Shown piece after piece: positions 12,856-22,696 of a stretch of DNA of 32,885 nucleotides (its first letter is position 1; each line of letters opens with the position of its first letter). Position numbers and translations under genes: made by a program. The notes beneath the pieces are model-generated. The model saw only the letters and a list, made by a program, of their open reading frames with translations. It was not told where the DNA came from and searched no databases. This DNA comes from Macrostomum lignano (lineage: Eukaryota): NCBI GenBank assembly GCA_002269645.1, contig NIVC01003695.1, positions 49,607 through 82,491 of the forward strand. Reading direction: 5' to 3'.

Positions 12856-13159
12856 TTGACTTAGGACCAGGACTGTGTTGTGTTGAGAAAGTTAGACTGA
12901 ATTTAGGGGTACACACGAACTTAGCCCAAGTTGGCCTACCGACTGGTATATTTATACTTATATATTCATTTAGCTGCGACAGATCAATATCGGAAAACAG
13001 ATGTACATATCTGCAAACCAACTACACAACAGACTGATCTTCAGACTAAGAGCTGATCTTGGGGACTGCAGTCCTTTACAGCGGAACTTTTACGAGACTC
13101 AGAGATGGCTTAGGGAAAGCTTCAAGCTGCTGCGCAGGTCACAGGATAAAGATGTTTAC

Positions 13160-13213
13160 CGGACTCGAACTCGCTCGGCATAACGGGCCAGGCTTCCGGA
13201 TCGCCCCACTTTG
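13160..13213 (-). CDS. 54-nt symmetric (phase 1-1) mini-exon, likely upstream of the 11903-12504 exon
   Basis: ttttttag| ca aag tgg ... tcc g|gtaaac; KWGDPEAWPVMPSEFES; high GC3; phase matches the 12504 acceptor. Confidence 0.5.
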
Positions 13214-14066
13214 CTAAAAAAGGAATTCCCTAGCCAGCATATTTAAATACAGTTTCTGCGCCCAGACAGACAGACAGCTCTTTCTGGAGTTCGGGCTGAG
13301 TACATTCGAACTCTGCGCGCTTCAAGCGACAAGGCAGTATAAGGTGGCGCCATTGTGCAGCGAAGCATATTTCTGTGGCAGACACGCTTGTTTACTGCAT
13401 GTGGCTAAAAACAGCCATGACGTGTCTGCTGGCCTGCTGCAGTTCTTTACAAAAGTTTTACGAAAGTTTGATAAATATGCACTGTAAAACACAGCTCGTA
13501 CAAGCCTTTTTTAAGTTTACATGAAATATTAGAATTAACGCGTCAGCAGGGGAGCCATAGCCCAATGGCAGTGCAGTCACATTAATCTGGGGCTAAATTA
13601 GAATTTCGGCGTGGGGTCTGCTCGTGCAAATAATGGACTTAGAAAGTTAGAGCTGCTGTACACTCCTGTGCCACTGTGTGCCTGTGCGTATGACTGCGTA
13701 CGCATCCGCGCGCTAAAGGGAGTGCACACAGCCCCTGCCTCTGATCTATAAGTAAATAGCTTGAACACTTCAGGAAAGCAGGCCACAGTTGGGTCTGTCC
13801 TAATTGCAAGGATAAGACAGACTTTAGTTTTTATTCGAGCAAAGAAAGAGTAAAAAAATATCGCTTGAGAGTGGCTCTGAATATAAACAGTATATTGTTG
13901 AAGCTCTTTTCTACAGGTACATCGGAGACGAGAGTCAATCATTTTCAGTTTGAAACAGCTGAGTTGATGCTTGAGTAGCTCGCAAGTTGCAATAAATATG
14001 AATTCATATTTTAATATAGTACTCGTACTTGGACCTCGAATCGTTCCAAAGTTCCAGTCTCAATCC

Positions 14067-14165
14067 AAGCCCCAGCCCCAGCCCCAGCCTCAGCCTCAGC
14101 CCCAGCCCCAGGCCCAGGCCCAGCCCCAGCCCCAGCCCCAGCCCCAGGCCCAGCCCCAGCTCCAG
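14067..14165. repeat. (CAGCCC)n hexamer tract immediately 3' of the LRR gene stop
   Basis: Tandem CCCCAG/CCTCAG/GCCCAG units. Confidence 0.9.
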
Positions 14166-14166
14166 C

Positions 14167-14661
14167 CTAGCTGCCGCTCTGCAGCTGCTGCAGGAAGGAG
14201 GGGTCGGAGGTGGAGCCCCGCCGGAGCAGCCGCACAGCCGCCGGGTTGATGTCCAGCGACATCGGCTGCTGCGGCTGCTGCTGCGGCGGCGACGCCTGCT
14301 GCTGAGGCTGCTGAGACCGCTGAGTCGATGGCCCCGACTGAGGCGTTCCCATGGTGACAGCTGCCGGCTGGCGCGAGCTCAGGACAGCATCGGCGTCCGG
14401 CCCCATGGCCTGAAGATCCTCGGCGGTGTCGTCCTCCTGGCGGTACAGCATGCGGTCGGCGCTGCTGCCCAGCATGGCGAAGTAGCGCTCGATCTCGTCT
14501 GCGCCCTGCTTGCAGATCTCCAGCGGCGGGTGCACCAGCGGGTTCTCGTTCAAGATGGTCGAGGTGTAGTGCCAGGACCAGTCCAGCAACTTCAGGCGGC
14601 CGAAGTTCTTCGGCAGATTCGCCACCTTGTTGAAGCCGAGCCAGACGCAGCGGAGCTGCAC
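14167..14661 (-). CDS. Leucine-rich repeat protein, exon 3 (terminal): last LRR, LRR cap (ENPLVHPPLEICKQG) and Q/P-rich tail
   Basis: Acceptor ctcccag| (phase 0); VQLRCVWLGFNKVANLPKNFGRLKLLDW...; TAG at 14167-14169. Confidence 0.92.
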   Translation of the reverse strand: MQLRCVWLGFNKVANLPKNFGRLKLLDWSWHYTSTILNENPLVHPPLEICKQGADEIERYFAMLGSSADRMLYRQEDDTAEDLQAMGPDADAVLSSRQPAAVTMGTPQSGPSTQRSQQPQQQASPPQQQPQQPMSLDINPAAVRLLRRGSTSDPSFLQQLQSGS

Positions 14662-14849
14662 CTGGGAGATGTTGCGTGTGCTTGATGTTTTGCCATCTGA
14701 ATGCCTTCATGCGGACTGCTCTACTAAAAGTAGTATGCTTGAAATATAGAAAAATACGACGCGCATTTTAAACTGAGTAGAGGGGCCGATCAAACAGAAA
14801 GATTCTAAGTGATTCAGCGATTTTTGCCCTAGCCCTTGCCCTAGCCTAT

Positions 14850-15336
14850 TTCCTCCGCCCTGCGCAAGGCCCTGATTGGACTCAACCGCAGGGACATCAG
14901 GGCGGTGACCATGGCCCTCTCGGGTCATGGCTGTTTTGCCAGGCATCGTTACCTCCTGGGGAAAATCCGCAGTGAGGAATGCCCTTTCTGCCTCTCCGGT
15001 GTCGAGAATGCGGAGCACTTCATCTGTGAATGCCCCGCCTTTACTCAGGACAGGCTCACCTACCTCGGCCCAAACCCGCGGCCTCTCCGACGTTTTCAGG
15101 CCCGAGAATCTCTGCCAGCTCGTCCGCTACCTAAGGGCTACCGGGCGAGCGACAGTCCACCTCCTGGACTCTCCGGAGGGGGACCGCGCTGCGGACGCCG
15201 GCACCACCGGAACTCCCTGCGCGACACCGCAGCACCAGCTGCCCGTGGTCGCCAGGGGTTAGCGAAATGGGCGGCAACGCCTCCTCGCTGTTTCCGGACG
15301 CACGGAGCCCCCTGCAGCTAAGTCAAGTAAGTCAAG
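14850..15336 (+). mobile_element. 5'-truncated non-LTR retrotransposon (R1/LOA/I-type ORF2 C-terminus) with 12-bp TSD
   Basis: [56 protein letters not shown] contains a CX2CX8HX4C zinc knuckle; one frameshift near 15078; AAGTC/AAGT tandem tail; TSD GCCCTAGCCTAT at 14838-14849 and 15336-15347. Confidence 0.88.
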
Positions 15337-15455
15337 CCCTAGCCTATAGCCCTAACCTTAGCCCTCCCTAGCCTTAGCCCTTGTCCTTGCCCTAGTCTAT
15401 AGCCCTAACCTTAGCCCTAGCCCTAACCTTAACCATATAGCCCTAGCCCTAGCGC
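15337..15455. repeat. Degenerate telomere-like hexamer tract (CCCTAG/CCCTAA/CCTTAG), continuing at 14826-14849 on the other side of the LINE
   Basis: ccctagcctatagccctaaccttagccc...ccctagccctaaccttaacc. Confidence 0.75.
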
Positions 15456-15488
15456 CACCAAAGCTGCTGTTCCCCCGTAGCCTCTCAC

Positions 15489-15841
15489 CAGATCGCAGAT
15501 CTCATCCGGCAAGCCCCGCAGCTGGTTGCTGAACACCATCAGCGTCTCCAAGTTGGTGAGCCTACGGATTGCCTTCGGCACCTTCTGCAGCATGTTGTCG
15601 GAGATGTCGAGAAACTCCATCTGGGTGCAGCGCAGCACAGCGGCCGGGAAGTGCACGAACTTGTTGTTGGCCAGGTGGATGCTCTTTAACTGGGTGAGGT
15701 CGCCGATCTCAGGTGGCAGGCTGCTCAACCAGTTGTTGCTGAGCGCCAGGCGCTCGAGGTTCTCCAGCAGTCCGATCTCGCCGGGCACCTTGGCGAGGTC
15801 GTTCGTGTCCAGCAGAAGGATGCGGAGGTTCTTCAGCTTGC
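15489..15841 (-). CDS. Leucine-rich repeat protein, exon 2 (about five LRRs)
   Basis: ctcccgcag| phase 1 ... ctg|gtgaga phase 0; LxxLxLxxN motifs (LERLALSNNWLSSLP, LKSIHLANNKFVHFP, MEFLDISDNMLQKVP, LETLMVFSNQLRGLP). Confidence 0.95.
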
Positions 15842-15946
15842 CTGCGGGAGGCAGTGCTCTTAACTAATTGACGGATCACTCTGTTCTTAGCGCATGGGTC
15901 CACAGTGATTCACGAGTACTGTAAATCCGTGTTTTAAGAACTGAAT

Positions 15947-16272
15947 GCCGTGTTCAGAGGGCCGTATTCCCTGTGTTCAGAGGGCCGTATTCCCTGTGTT
16001 CAGAGGGCCGTATTCCCTGTGTTCAGAGGGCCGTATTCCCTGTGTTCAGAGGGCCGTATTCCCTGTGTTCAGAGGGCCGTATTCCCTGTGTTCAGAGGGC
16101 CGTATTCCCTGTGTTCAGAGGGCCGTATTCCCTGTGTTCAGAGGGCCGTATTCCCTGTGTTCAGAGGGCCGTATTTCCTGTGTTCAGAGGGCCGTTTTTC
16201 CTGTGTTCAGAGGGCCGTTTTTCCTGTGTTCAGAGGGCCGTATTCCGTGTTTAGAGGGCCGTTTTTCCTGTG
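15947..16272. repeat. 23-bp minisatellite CTGTGTTCAGAGGGCCGTATTCC (~14 copies), intronic
   Basis: Tandem copies; the ORFs show the 23-aa period expected for three units. Confidence 0.97.
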
Positions 16273-16278
16273 TTTAAA

Positions 16279-16550
16279 GGTTTTAGGTTTTGGTTGTGGT
16301 TTGGGCGTTGGACTCGCGGCTTGAAGGCCGGGGATTCGATTCCCGATCCCACTGGAACAATTTGTCTCTGAGCAAGACACAAACTCTTACATTGCGTCAG
16401 GTCACCCAGCTGTAAAATGGGTGCTAGCATTAGCTGGGGTAATTTGAGGGCGTGTGGCGACCCCCCACGCCTTGGACTGAACAGCCGTAGGCGGCGTTCA
16501 GATGCACCGCGCAATAGCTGCGGCTGAGCTGTCGCTTTGCCGTCCTGTCA
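16279..16550 (+). mobile_element. tRNA-derived CORE-type SINE, copy 2 (more decayed head)
   Basis: Roughly 80% similar by eye to 10735-10920 (CACCCAGCTGTAAAATGGGTG...CCTTGGACTGAACAGCCGTA...TAGCTGCGGCTGAGCTGTCG); B-box-like GATTCGATTCC. Confidence 0.8.
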
Positions 16551-16724
16551 TATTCTGTATAAATCTGAACTCGTTTAATTTTGCTAATCTGTAAAAATAA
16601 AAACCTTGTCAGTACTAAAAGCCTAGGCTAGGTTAACTTCATCTAGACTTAGAGCATATTATATATTTAAAGAGCCACACTCCAAATGTGTTTACAGGGC
16701 CATATTCCGTGTGCCGACACTCAC

Positions 16725-16974
16725 AGATGGCAGTGGGCACATCGGCCAGCTTATAGTACAGACAGGCCTCCCGCTCCGGACTCATGTCCAGCACCTCCAG
16801 CTCGGACAGGTTGAACAGCTCTGGTGGCACAGCAGTCAAATTCCTGCCCTGAATCTTCAGCTTCTTCATGCCCTGGAACAGCGGGTCCTCAGTGTCGATC
16901 ATCATTCTCAGGCTGCTGCTGCCCGGCGCGATGGAGGGCGCCCGGCCGCGCCCGCCGCGGAAGGAAGTCGCCAT
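16725..16974 (-). CDS. Leucine-rich repeat protein, exon 1 (total protein 365 aa; SHOC2/MFHAS1-like LRR class, ortholog not identified)
   Basis: ATG at 16974, MATSFRGGRG...MKKLKIQGRNLTAVPPELFNLSELEVLDMSPEREACLYYKLADVPTAI; donor t|gtgagt (phase 1) matches exon 2. Confidence 0.88.
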
Positions 16975-17085
16975 AAATTCTGTGCCGAGTGAAGCCTTGA
17001 GCACGGCAGCTCTGAGCAGCCAGCCGGTTTTATCGCTTTCATTTATTCTGCAGCTGGGGCGGCGGCAGTCCTAATCTAGCTGATG

Positions 17086-17098
17086 GTTGCTAGGCAAC
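17086..17098. promoter_or_regulatory. RFX X-box motif GTTGCTAGGCAAC, 112 bp upstream of the LRR gene ATG
   Basis: Matches the 13-bp X-box form (GTTGCCTAGCAAC on the minus strand); non-coding position near a gene start. Confidence 0.65.
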
Positions 17099-17422
17099 CC
17101 AGATAAACTCTCGGCCCGACTAAAGAATGCGTGGGGGGGGGGCTGACAAGGTTTTGAAGAGTCCACAAAGGACTGGGCAGAGCGGGGGTCAAGTGCGCAA
17201 ATATCGCAGCCCGCAATCTCGGCTCTGAGCTCAGCCGCGCCTTTTAAATATCAGTGCAGCTCTGCTGAGTGAGCAGAGATCAACAGCCATGCAGGTAAAG
17301 CCAAGATGCAAATATTTGCATGGCTGGCGCAGTTCAACTGTGTAAATAAGGAGTGAAAAGGCGGCTATCCTCAGCATTGCATCACTCGCCTACACCGATG
17401 GCACTTGTGTGAGAGCTGCTCT

Positions 17423-17985
17423 TCTTTAATGCAGTGGATGAGGGCTCTAATGCAGTGGGTGATGGCTCTAATGCAGTGAGTGATGGCTCTAATGCAGTGG
17501 GTGAGGGCTCTAATGCAGTGAGTGATGGCTCTAATGCAGTGGGTGAGGGCTCTAATGCAGTGAGTGATGGCTCTAATGCAGTGGGTGAGGGCTCTAATGC
17601 AGTGGGTGAGGGCTCTAATGCAGTGAGTGATGGCTCTAATGCAGTGGGTGAGGGCTCTAATGCAGTGGGTGAGGGCTCTAATGCAGTGAGTGATGGCTCT
17701 AATGCAGTGGGTGAGGGCTGTAATGCAGTGGGTGAGGGCTGTAATGCAGTGGGTGAGGGCTCTAATGCAGTGGATGAGGGCTCTAATGCAGTGGGTGAGG
17801 GCTCTAATGCAGTGGGTGAGGGCTCTAATGCAGTGAGTGATGGCTCTAATGCAGTGGGTGAGGGCTGTAATGCAGTGGGTGAGGGCTCTAATGCAGTGGA
17901 TGAGGGCTCTAATGCAGTGGGTGAGGGCTCTAATGCAGTGGGTGAGGGCTCTAATGCAGTGAGTGAGGGCTCTAATGCAGTGGAT
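17423..17985. repeat. 21-bp minisatellite GTGGGTGAGGGCTCTAATGCA (~27 copies)
   Basis: Tandem copies; the EGSNAVG/HCIRALT ORFs are translations of the repeat. Confidence 0.97.
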
Positions 17986-19745
17986 CCCGATGGGAAATCT
18001 GGAGGGGTGTTGGAGGCTCACTTTTTAGCGCTAGCCTCTAATGATTTTTTATTTGGTTACACTAAACCAATGGGAGGCTAGAGGCTAGGTTAGAGGCTCG
18101 ACTCTTGCGTGTGACAGCCTCTAAAAATGACCCAGATTTGAGGCTCAGTTAGAGGCTGAATTAGACGCTCAATTTGATGCTCAGTTCGAGGCTTAATTAG
18201 AGGAGATGGATTCGAGACTGGCGTAGTTTTTTTTCAAAGACAATACTAAACAGTTAGACAATGTCTGTTCAAAAAGATGTTAAAAGGCCATATAATCGGT
18301 CATATGGATTACAGAGTATATCCAGACTTCACATTTTTTTGGGAGGGATATTTGCTCCTCTATTTACAAAAGAGCTGCAGGCACACACCATTAAGCCTCC
18401 AACTTGAGCTTCTCTTCCAGCCTCGAATCCAACCTCTAATCCAGCCTCTAATCCGACCTCTAATCCAGCCTCTGTGGGGCATTGACTTTTCTACAGCCTC
18501 TAATCCATCCTCTAACTTAACCATCGAATCCATCCTCTAACTTAAACATCGAATCCATCCTCTAACTTAAACATCGAATCCATCCTCTAACTTAAACATC
18601 GAATCCATCCTCTAACTTAAACATCGAATCCATCCTCTAACTTAAACATCGAATCCAGCCTCTAACTTAAACATCGAATCCATCCTCTAACTTAAACATC
18701 GAATCCATCCTCTAACTTAAACATCGAATCCATCCTCTAACTTAAACATCGAATCCAGCCTCTAACTTAAACATCGAATCCATCCTCTAACTTAAACATC
18801 GAATCCATCCTCTAACTTAAACATCGAATCCATCCTCTAACTTAAACATCGAATCCATCCTCTAACTTAAACATCGAATCCATCCTCTAACTTAAACATC
18901 GAATCCATCCTCTAACTTAAACATCGAATCCAGCCTCTAACTTAAACATCGAATCCATCCTCTAACTTAAACATCGAATCCATCCTCTAACTTAAACATC
19001 GAATCCATCCTCTAACTTAAACATCGAATCCAGCCTCTAACCTAAACATCGAATCCATCCTCTAACCTAAACATCGAATCCATCCTCTAACTTAAACATC
19101 GAATCCATCCTCTAACTTAAACATCGAATCCATCCTCTAACTTAAACATCGAATCCATCCTCTAACTTAAACATCGAATCCATCCTCTAACTTAAACATC
19201 GAATCCATCCTCTAACTTAAACATCGAATCCAGCCTCTAACTTAAACATCGAATCCATCCTCTAACTTAAACATCGAATCCATCCTCTAACTTAAACATC
19301 GAATCCATCCTCTAACTTAAACATCGAATCCATCCTCTAACTTAAACATCGAATCCAGCCTCTAACTTAAACATCGAATCCAGCCTCTAACTTAAACATC
19401 GAATCCAGCCTCTAACTTAAACATCGAATCCATCCTCTAACTTAAACATCGAATCCATCCTCTAACTTAACATCGAATCCAGCCTCAAATTCAGCCTCGA
19501 ATTTAGCCTCTAAATTAAACATCAAATAAAGCCTCTAATCCAGTCTCGAATCCAGCCTCTACTTCAGAGTCTAATTTTAACCTCTACTCCAGCCTCGAAT
19601 CCAGCATCAAATACAATCTCTTTCAATGCTGAAGATTATTTTTGAGGCTAGCATCAAACCAGCCTCGAAAAATCCGCTTTGAGGTTCATTCGAGGCTGCG
19701 TTTGAGGCTAGGGTAAAAATTAGAGGCTGCCCTTTTCCCATCGGG
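17986..19745. mobile_element. Non-autonomous TIR DNA transposon (possibly CMC/CACTA-like) with subterminal repeats and an internal minisatellite
   Basis: 12-bp TIR CCCGATGGGAAA (17986-17997) / TTTCCCATCGGG (19734-19745); 3-bp direct flank GAT; many AGCCTCTAA/TTAGAGGCT-type motifs in both orientations near both ends; no transposase ORF. Confidence 0.7.
18508..19480. repeat. 25-bp minisatellite TCTAACTTAAACATCGAATCCATCC (~39 copies) inside the TIR element
   Basis: Tandem copies with ATCC/AGCC variants. Confidence 0.97.
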
Positions 19746-20537
19746 GATTTTTGAGTCATAAAAAATGAACACCAAAGGCGCAGGCGACTGGTTTCTCCCC
19801 GCATATCGGAGCCAGGTGATCGATCAAAAATGCTGTTCAACTTGAGAGTTCAACACAACGGGTTGGAAAATATGAGTAGCTATAATAATAATAATTATTA
19901 TTGTTAATTTCAAACGATTTTAAACAGAGCAGAGCAGACAGCATCAGAGGCGGCGGGGTCAAATTCAACAAGGTGTTGTCACTAGCTAGTATTCCCGCCC
20001 AGAGACTGCAGCTAAACTACACAAACTCGAATAGCCGGGGTGTGAATAGATCAAGCCAGTGCTAGCCCTACAAATAGGCAGGGACTCTGGAATAAAAAGG
20101 GGGCGGTGACAGGGGGGTACAGACAGCTGGTTTGCTGCAGGTGGGTGCACACATAAACAAAAGCAACGGTCTACGGCAATGCAAAACAGAAGATTATTAG
20201 AGAGATGGGACTGCAGTTTACCTGTACTCTCTAGCCAGTTTCAAGCTGATGGAGAATGCAATTAAACTATTAATAAAAAACCAAGCCAACTCAGAGCGAA
20301 CTAGACAGTAGTATTAGTAACAGGTAGCAGAAACAATACAATGGGAACTGCAGTGCAATGCAGAAGTGGCAGCCAATAAGATGTACGCATGGCATTCGAT
20401 CATGTCAATAATAAATTGCAGTACTGCATGCACAGCAACAGCTCAATCAGTACTGATGAGTGAAAAAATAGCCCTAACTCCAGCCAATTGTTCGATTCCC
20501 ACTACTCTGGGCAGTTTCCCCGCTATGCTCTCGCTGC

Positions 20538-21071
20538 TCAGTTGCTCTCCTTGCGACCGCCGTCAGACGAGCTGCTGCTAGACGAGTCGCTGCCGCCCTC
20601 TTTCTGCTCCTGCTGCTGTTGCTCCTGCTGCTGCTGGCCGCTGCCGCCCTCCCGCTCGCTGGCCATCTTCTTGTAGGCCATTTCGAACAGCTTCAGGCTG
20701 GCCTGCTGCAGCTCGTTGGTGGCAGTCTTGATGCTGGCCGAGGTCTCCTGGTCTTTGTTCGCCAGCCGATTGCGCAGGCCGTCGATGAGCTCCTTGAGCT
20801 TGTTGTACTCCTCCTGCGGCAGCTGGCTGCGGAACTCCTCCATCTTGGTCTCGGTGTCGTGGATGATGCCCTCGGCCTGGTTCACCACCTCTACGGTCTC
20901 GCGGCGCTCCTTGTCGGCCGCGGCGTACTGCTCGGCGTTGCGCACCATGTTCTCGATCTCGTCCTTGCTGAGCCCGCCGCTGGACTGGATGACGATCTGC
21001 TGCTCCCGGCCGGTGCCCTTGTCCCGGGCCGACACGTTCACGATGCCGTTAGCGTCGATGTCGAAAATCAC
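20538..21071 (-). CDS. HSPA9: Mitochondrial HSP70 (mortalin), terminal coding exon 7
   Basis: cgcccag| [43 protein letters not shown]...[17 protein letters not shown]...; TGA; no EEVD or KDEL end. Confidence 0.97.
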   Translation of the reverse strand: MIFDIDANGIVNVSARDKGTGREQQIVIQSSGGLSKDEIENMVRNAEQYAAADKERRETVEVVNQAEGIIHDTETKMEEFRSQLPQEEYNKLKELIDGLRNRLANKDQETSASIKTATNELQQASLKLFEMAYKKMASEREGGSGQQQQEQQQQEQKEGGSDSSSSSSSDGGRKESN

Positions 21072-21087
21072 CTGGGCGGGAGTGGGG

Positions 21088-21633
21088 TTCAGACTCAGGT
21101 GAGAGATGGGTCTGAGACTCTCAGACTCAGGTGGGAGATGGGTCTGAGACTCTCAGACTCAGGTGAGAGATGGGTCTGAGACTCAGGTGAGAGATGGGTT
21201 TCAGACTCAGGTGAAAGGTGTATGATCTGATGGAGTCAGGGTGAGAGGTGGAGGATCTGATGGAGTCAGAGTGAGAGGTGGAGGATCTGATGGAGTCAGG
21301 GTGAGAGGTGGAGGATCTGATGGAGTCAGGGTGAGAGGTGGAGGATCTGATGGAGTCAGGGTGAGAGGTGGAGGATCTGATGGAGTCAGGGTGAGAGGTG
21401 GAGGATCTGATGGAGTCAGAGTGAGAGGTGGAGGATCTGATGGAGTCAGGGTGAGAGATGGAGGATCTGATGGAGTCAGGGTGAGAGGTGGAGGATCTGA
21501 TGGAGTCAGGGTGAGGTGGAGGATCTGATGGAGTCAGGGTGAGAGGTGGAGGATCTGATGGAGTCAGAGTGAGAGGTGGAGGATCTGATGGACTCAGGGT
21601 GAGAGGTGGAGGATCTGATGGAGTCAGGGTGAG
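21088..21633. repeat. 30-bp minisatellite GTGAGAGGTGGAGGATCTGATGGAGTCAGG (~14 copies) plus ~4 related 32-bp units, filling the last HSPA9 intron
   Basis: Tandem copies inside intron 21072-21660. Confidence 0.96.
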
Positions 21634-21660
21634 AACTCTAGTCAAAGAAAATAAACTCAC

Positions 21661-21945
21661 CTCGATCTGCGGCACTCCGCGCGGGGCGGGCGGGATGCCC
21701 ACAAGGCTGAACTGGCCCAGCAGTTTGTTGTCGGCGGCCATCTCCCGCTCGCCCTGGTGCACCTTGATCTCGACCTGGGTCTGGCCGTCAGCGGCGGTGG
21801 AGAACACCTGCGACTTCTTGGTCGGGATGGTGGTGTTGCGGCCGATCAAGCGGGTGAAGACGCCGCCGAGGGTCTCGATGCCCAGCGACAGGGGCGTCAC
21901 GTCCAGCAGCAGGACGTCGGTCACGTCGCCAGCGAGAACGCCGCC
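21661..21945 (-). CDS. HSPA9: Mitochondrial HSP70, coding exon 6
   Basis: tctgcag| [31 protein letters not shown]...APRGVPQIE |gtgagt; 95 codons. Confidence 0.98.
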
Positions 21946-22025
21946 CTGCAGAGACGAAGGTTTGGGCAAAGGCTCAGTCAGGCGGACTGCTAATTAATAA
22001 GCAATGAGGGATTGCTGAAGAAGGC

Positions 22026-22106
22026 ACATCCTCAGTGAGAGAGTTCAAAGATTACAGCAGAATAAAGGGTGGCTTTATTCAGGTTGTGTATTGTCATCAC
22101 GGATGT
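22026..22106 (-). ncRNA. Box C/D snoRNA A, SNORD81-type guide for 28S rRNA
   Basis: 6-bp terminal stem ACATCC/GGATGT; box C GTGATGA (22094-22100), D' CTGA (22079-22082), D CTGA (22032-22035); guide TTGAACTCTCTC complementary to conserved 28S GAGAGAGUUCAA; 3' end 80 nt from the 3' splice site. Confidence 0.88.
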
Positions 22107-22148
22107 CAGTGTATTGCCATAGGGGGATTCTGCCGCAAATCTGCGCAC

Positions 22149-22541
22149 CTGAATAGCGGCTCCAATGGCCACAGCCTCATCCGGGTTGACAGACTTGCTT
22201 GGCTGGCGGCCAAACATGTCCTGCACGGTGGACTGCACCTTCGGCATGCGGGTCATGCCGCCCACCAGCAGCACGTCGCCGATGTCGGACTTCTTCACCT
22301 CGGCGTCCTTCATGGCCTTCTCGCAGGGCGCCACCGTCCGCTTGATCAGGTCGTCAACCAGGCTCTCGAACTTGGAGCGGGAGAGCTTGAGGTTCATGTG
22401 CTTCGGGCCGCTGGCGTCCATGGTGAGGTAGGGCAGGTTGATGTCGGTCTGCAGCGACGAAGACAGCTCAATCTTGGCCTTCTCGGCCGCCTCGCGCAGC
22501 CGCTGCAGGGCCATGTTGTCCTTGGTGATGTCGATGCCGGT
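22149..22541 (-). CDS. HSPA9: Mitochondrial HSP70, coding exon 5
   Basis: ttcccag| [48 protein letters not shown]...[10 protein letters not shown]...[13 protein letters not shown] |gtgcgc; 131 codons. Confidence 0.98.
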
Positions 22542-22617
22542 CTGGGAAGGAGTTCGGGGTTCCTTAGCAACTAGGCAATATAGTTAGGAGGCAAAATTAG
22601 CTAAATTATAAAAGAAC

Positions 22618-22696
22618 AAGTTCAGAGAGAGAGTTCATCAAATTGCTTGTCCGCACAGACTGTCTCGGACTTGAGAATTAACTGTTATCATGCATA
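22618..22696 (-). ncRNA. Box C/D snoRNA candidate B, degenerate SNORD81-type paralog
   Basis: Box D CTGA (22622-22625) preceded by a 12-nt complement to 28S AGAGAGAGUUCA; degenerate box C ATGATAA (22685-22691); no clear terminal stem; ~80 nt from the 3' splice site. Confidence 0.5.

Noticed and set aside
13001-13183. Protein-like plus-strand ORF (…YETQRWLRESFKLLRRSQD…)
   Set aside because: No upstream plus-strand exons could be linked to it, and it overlaps a better-supported minus-strand mini-exon.
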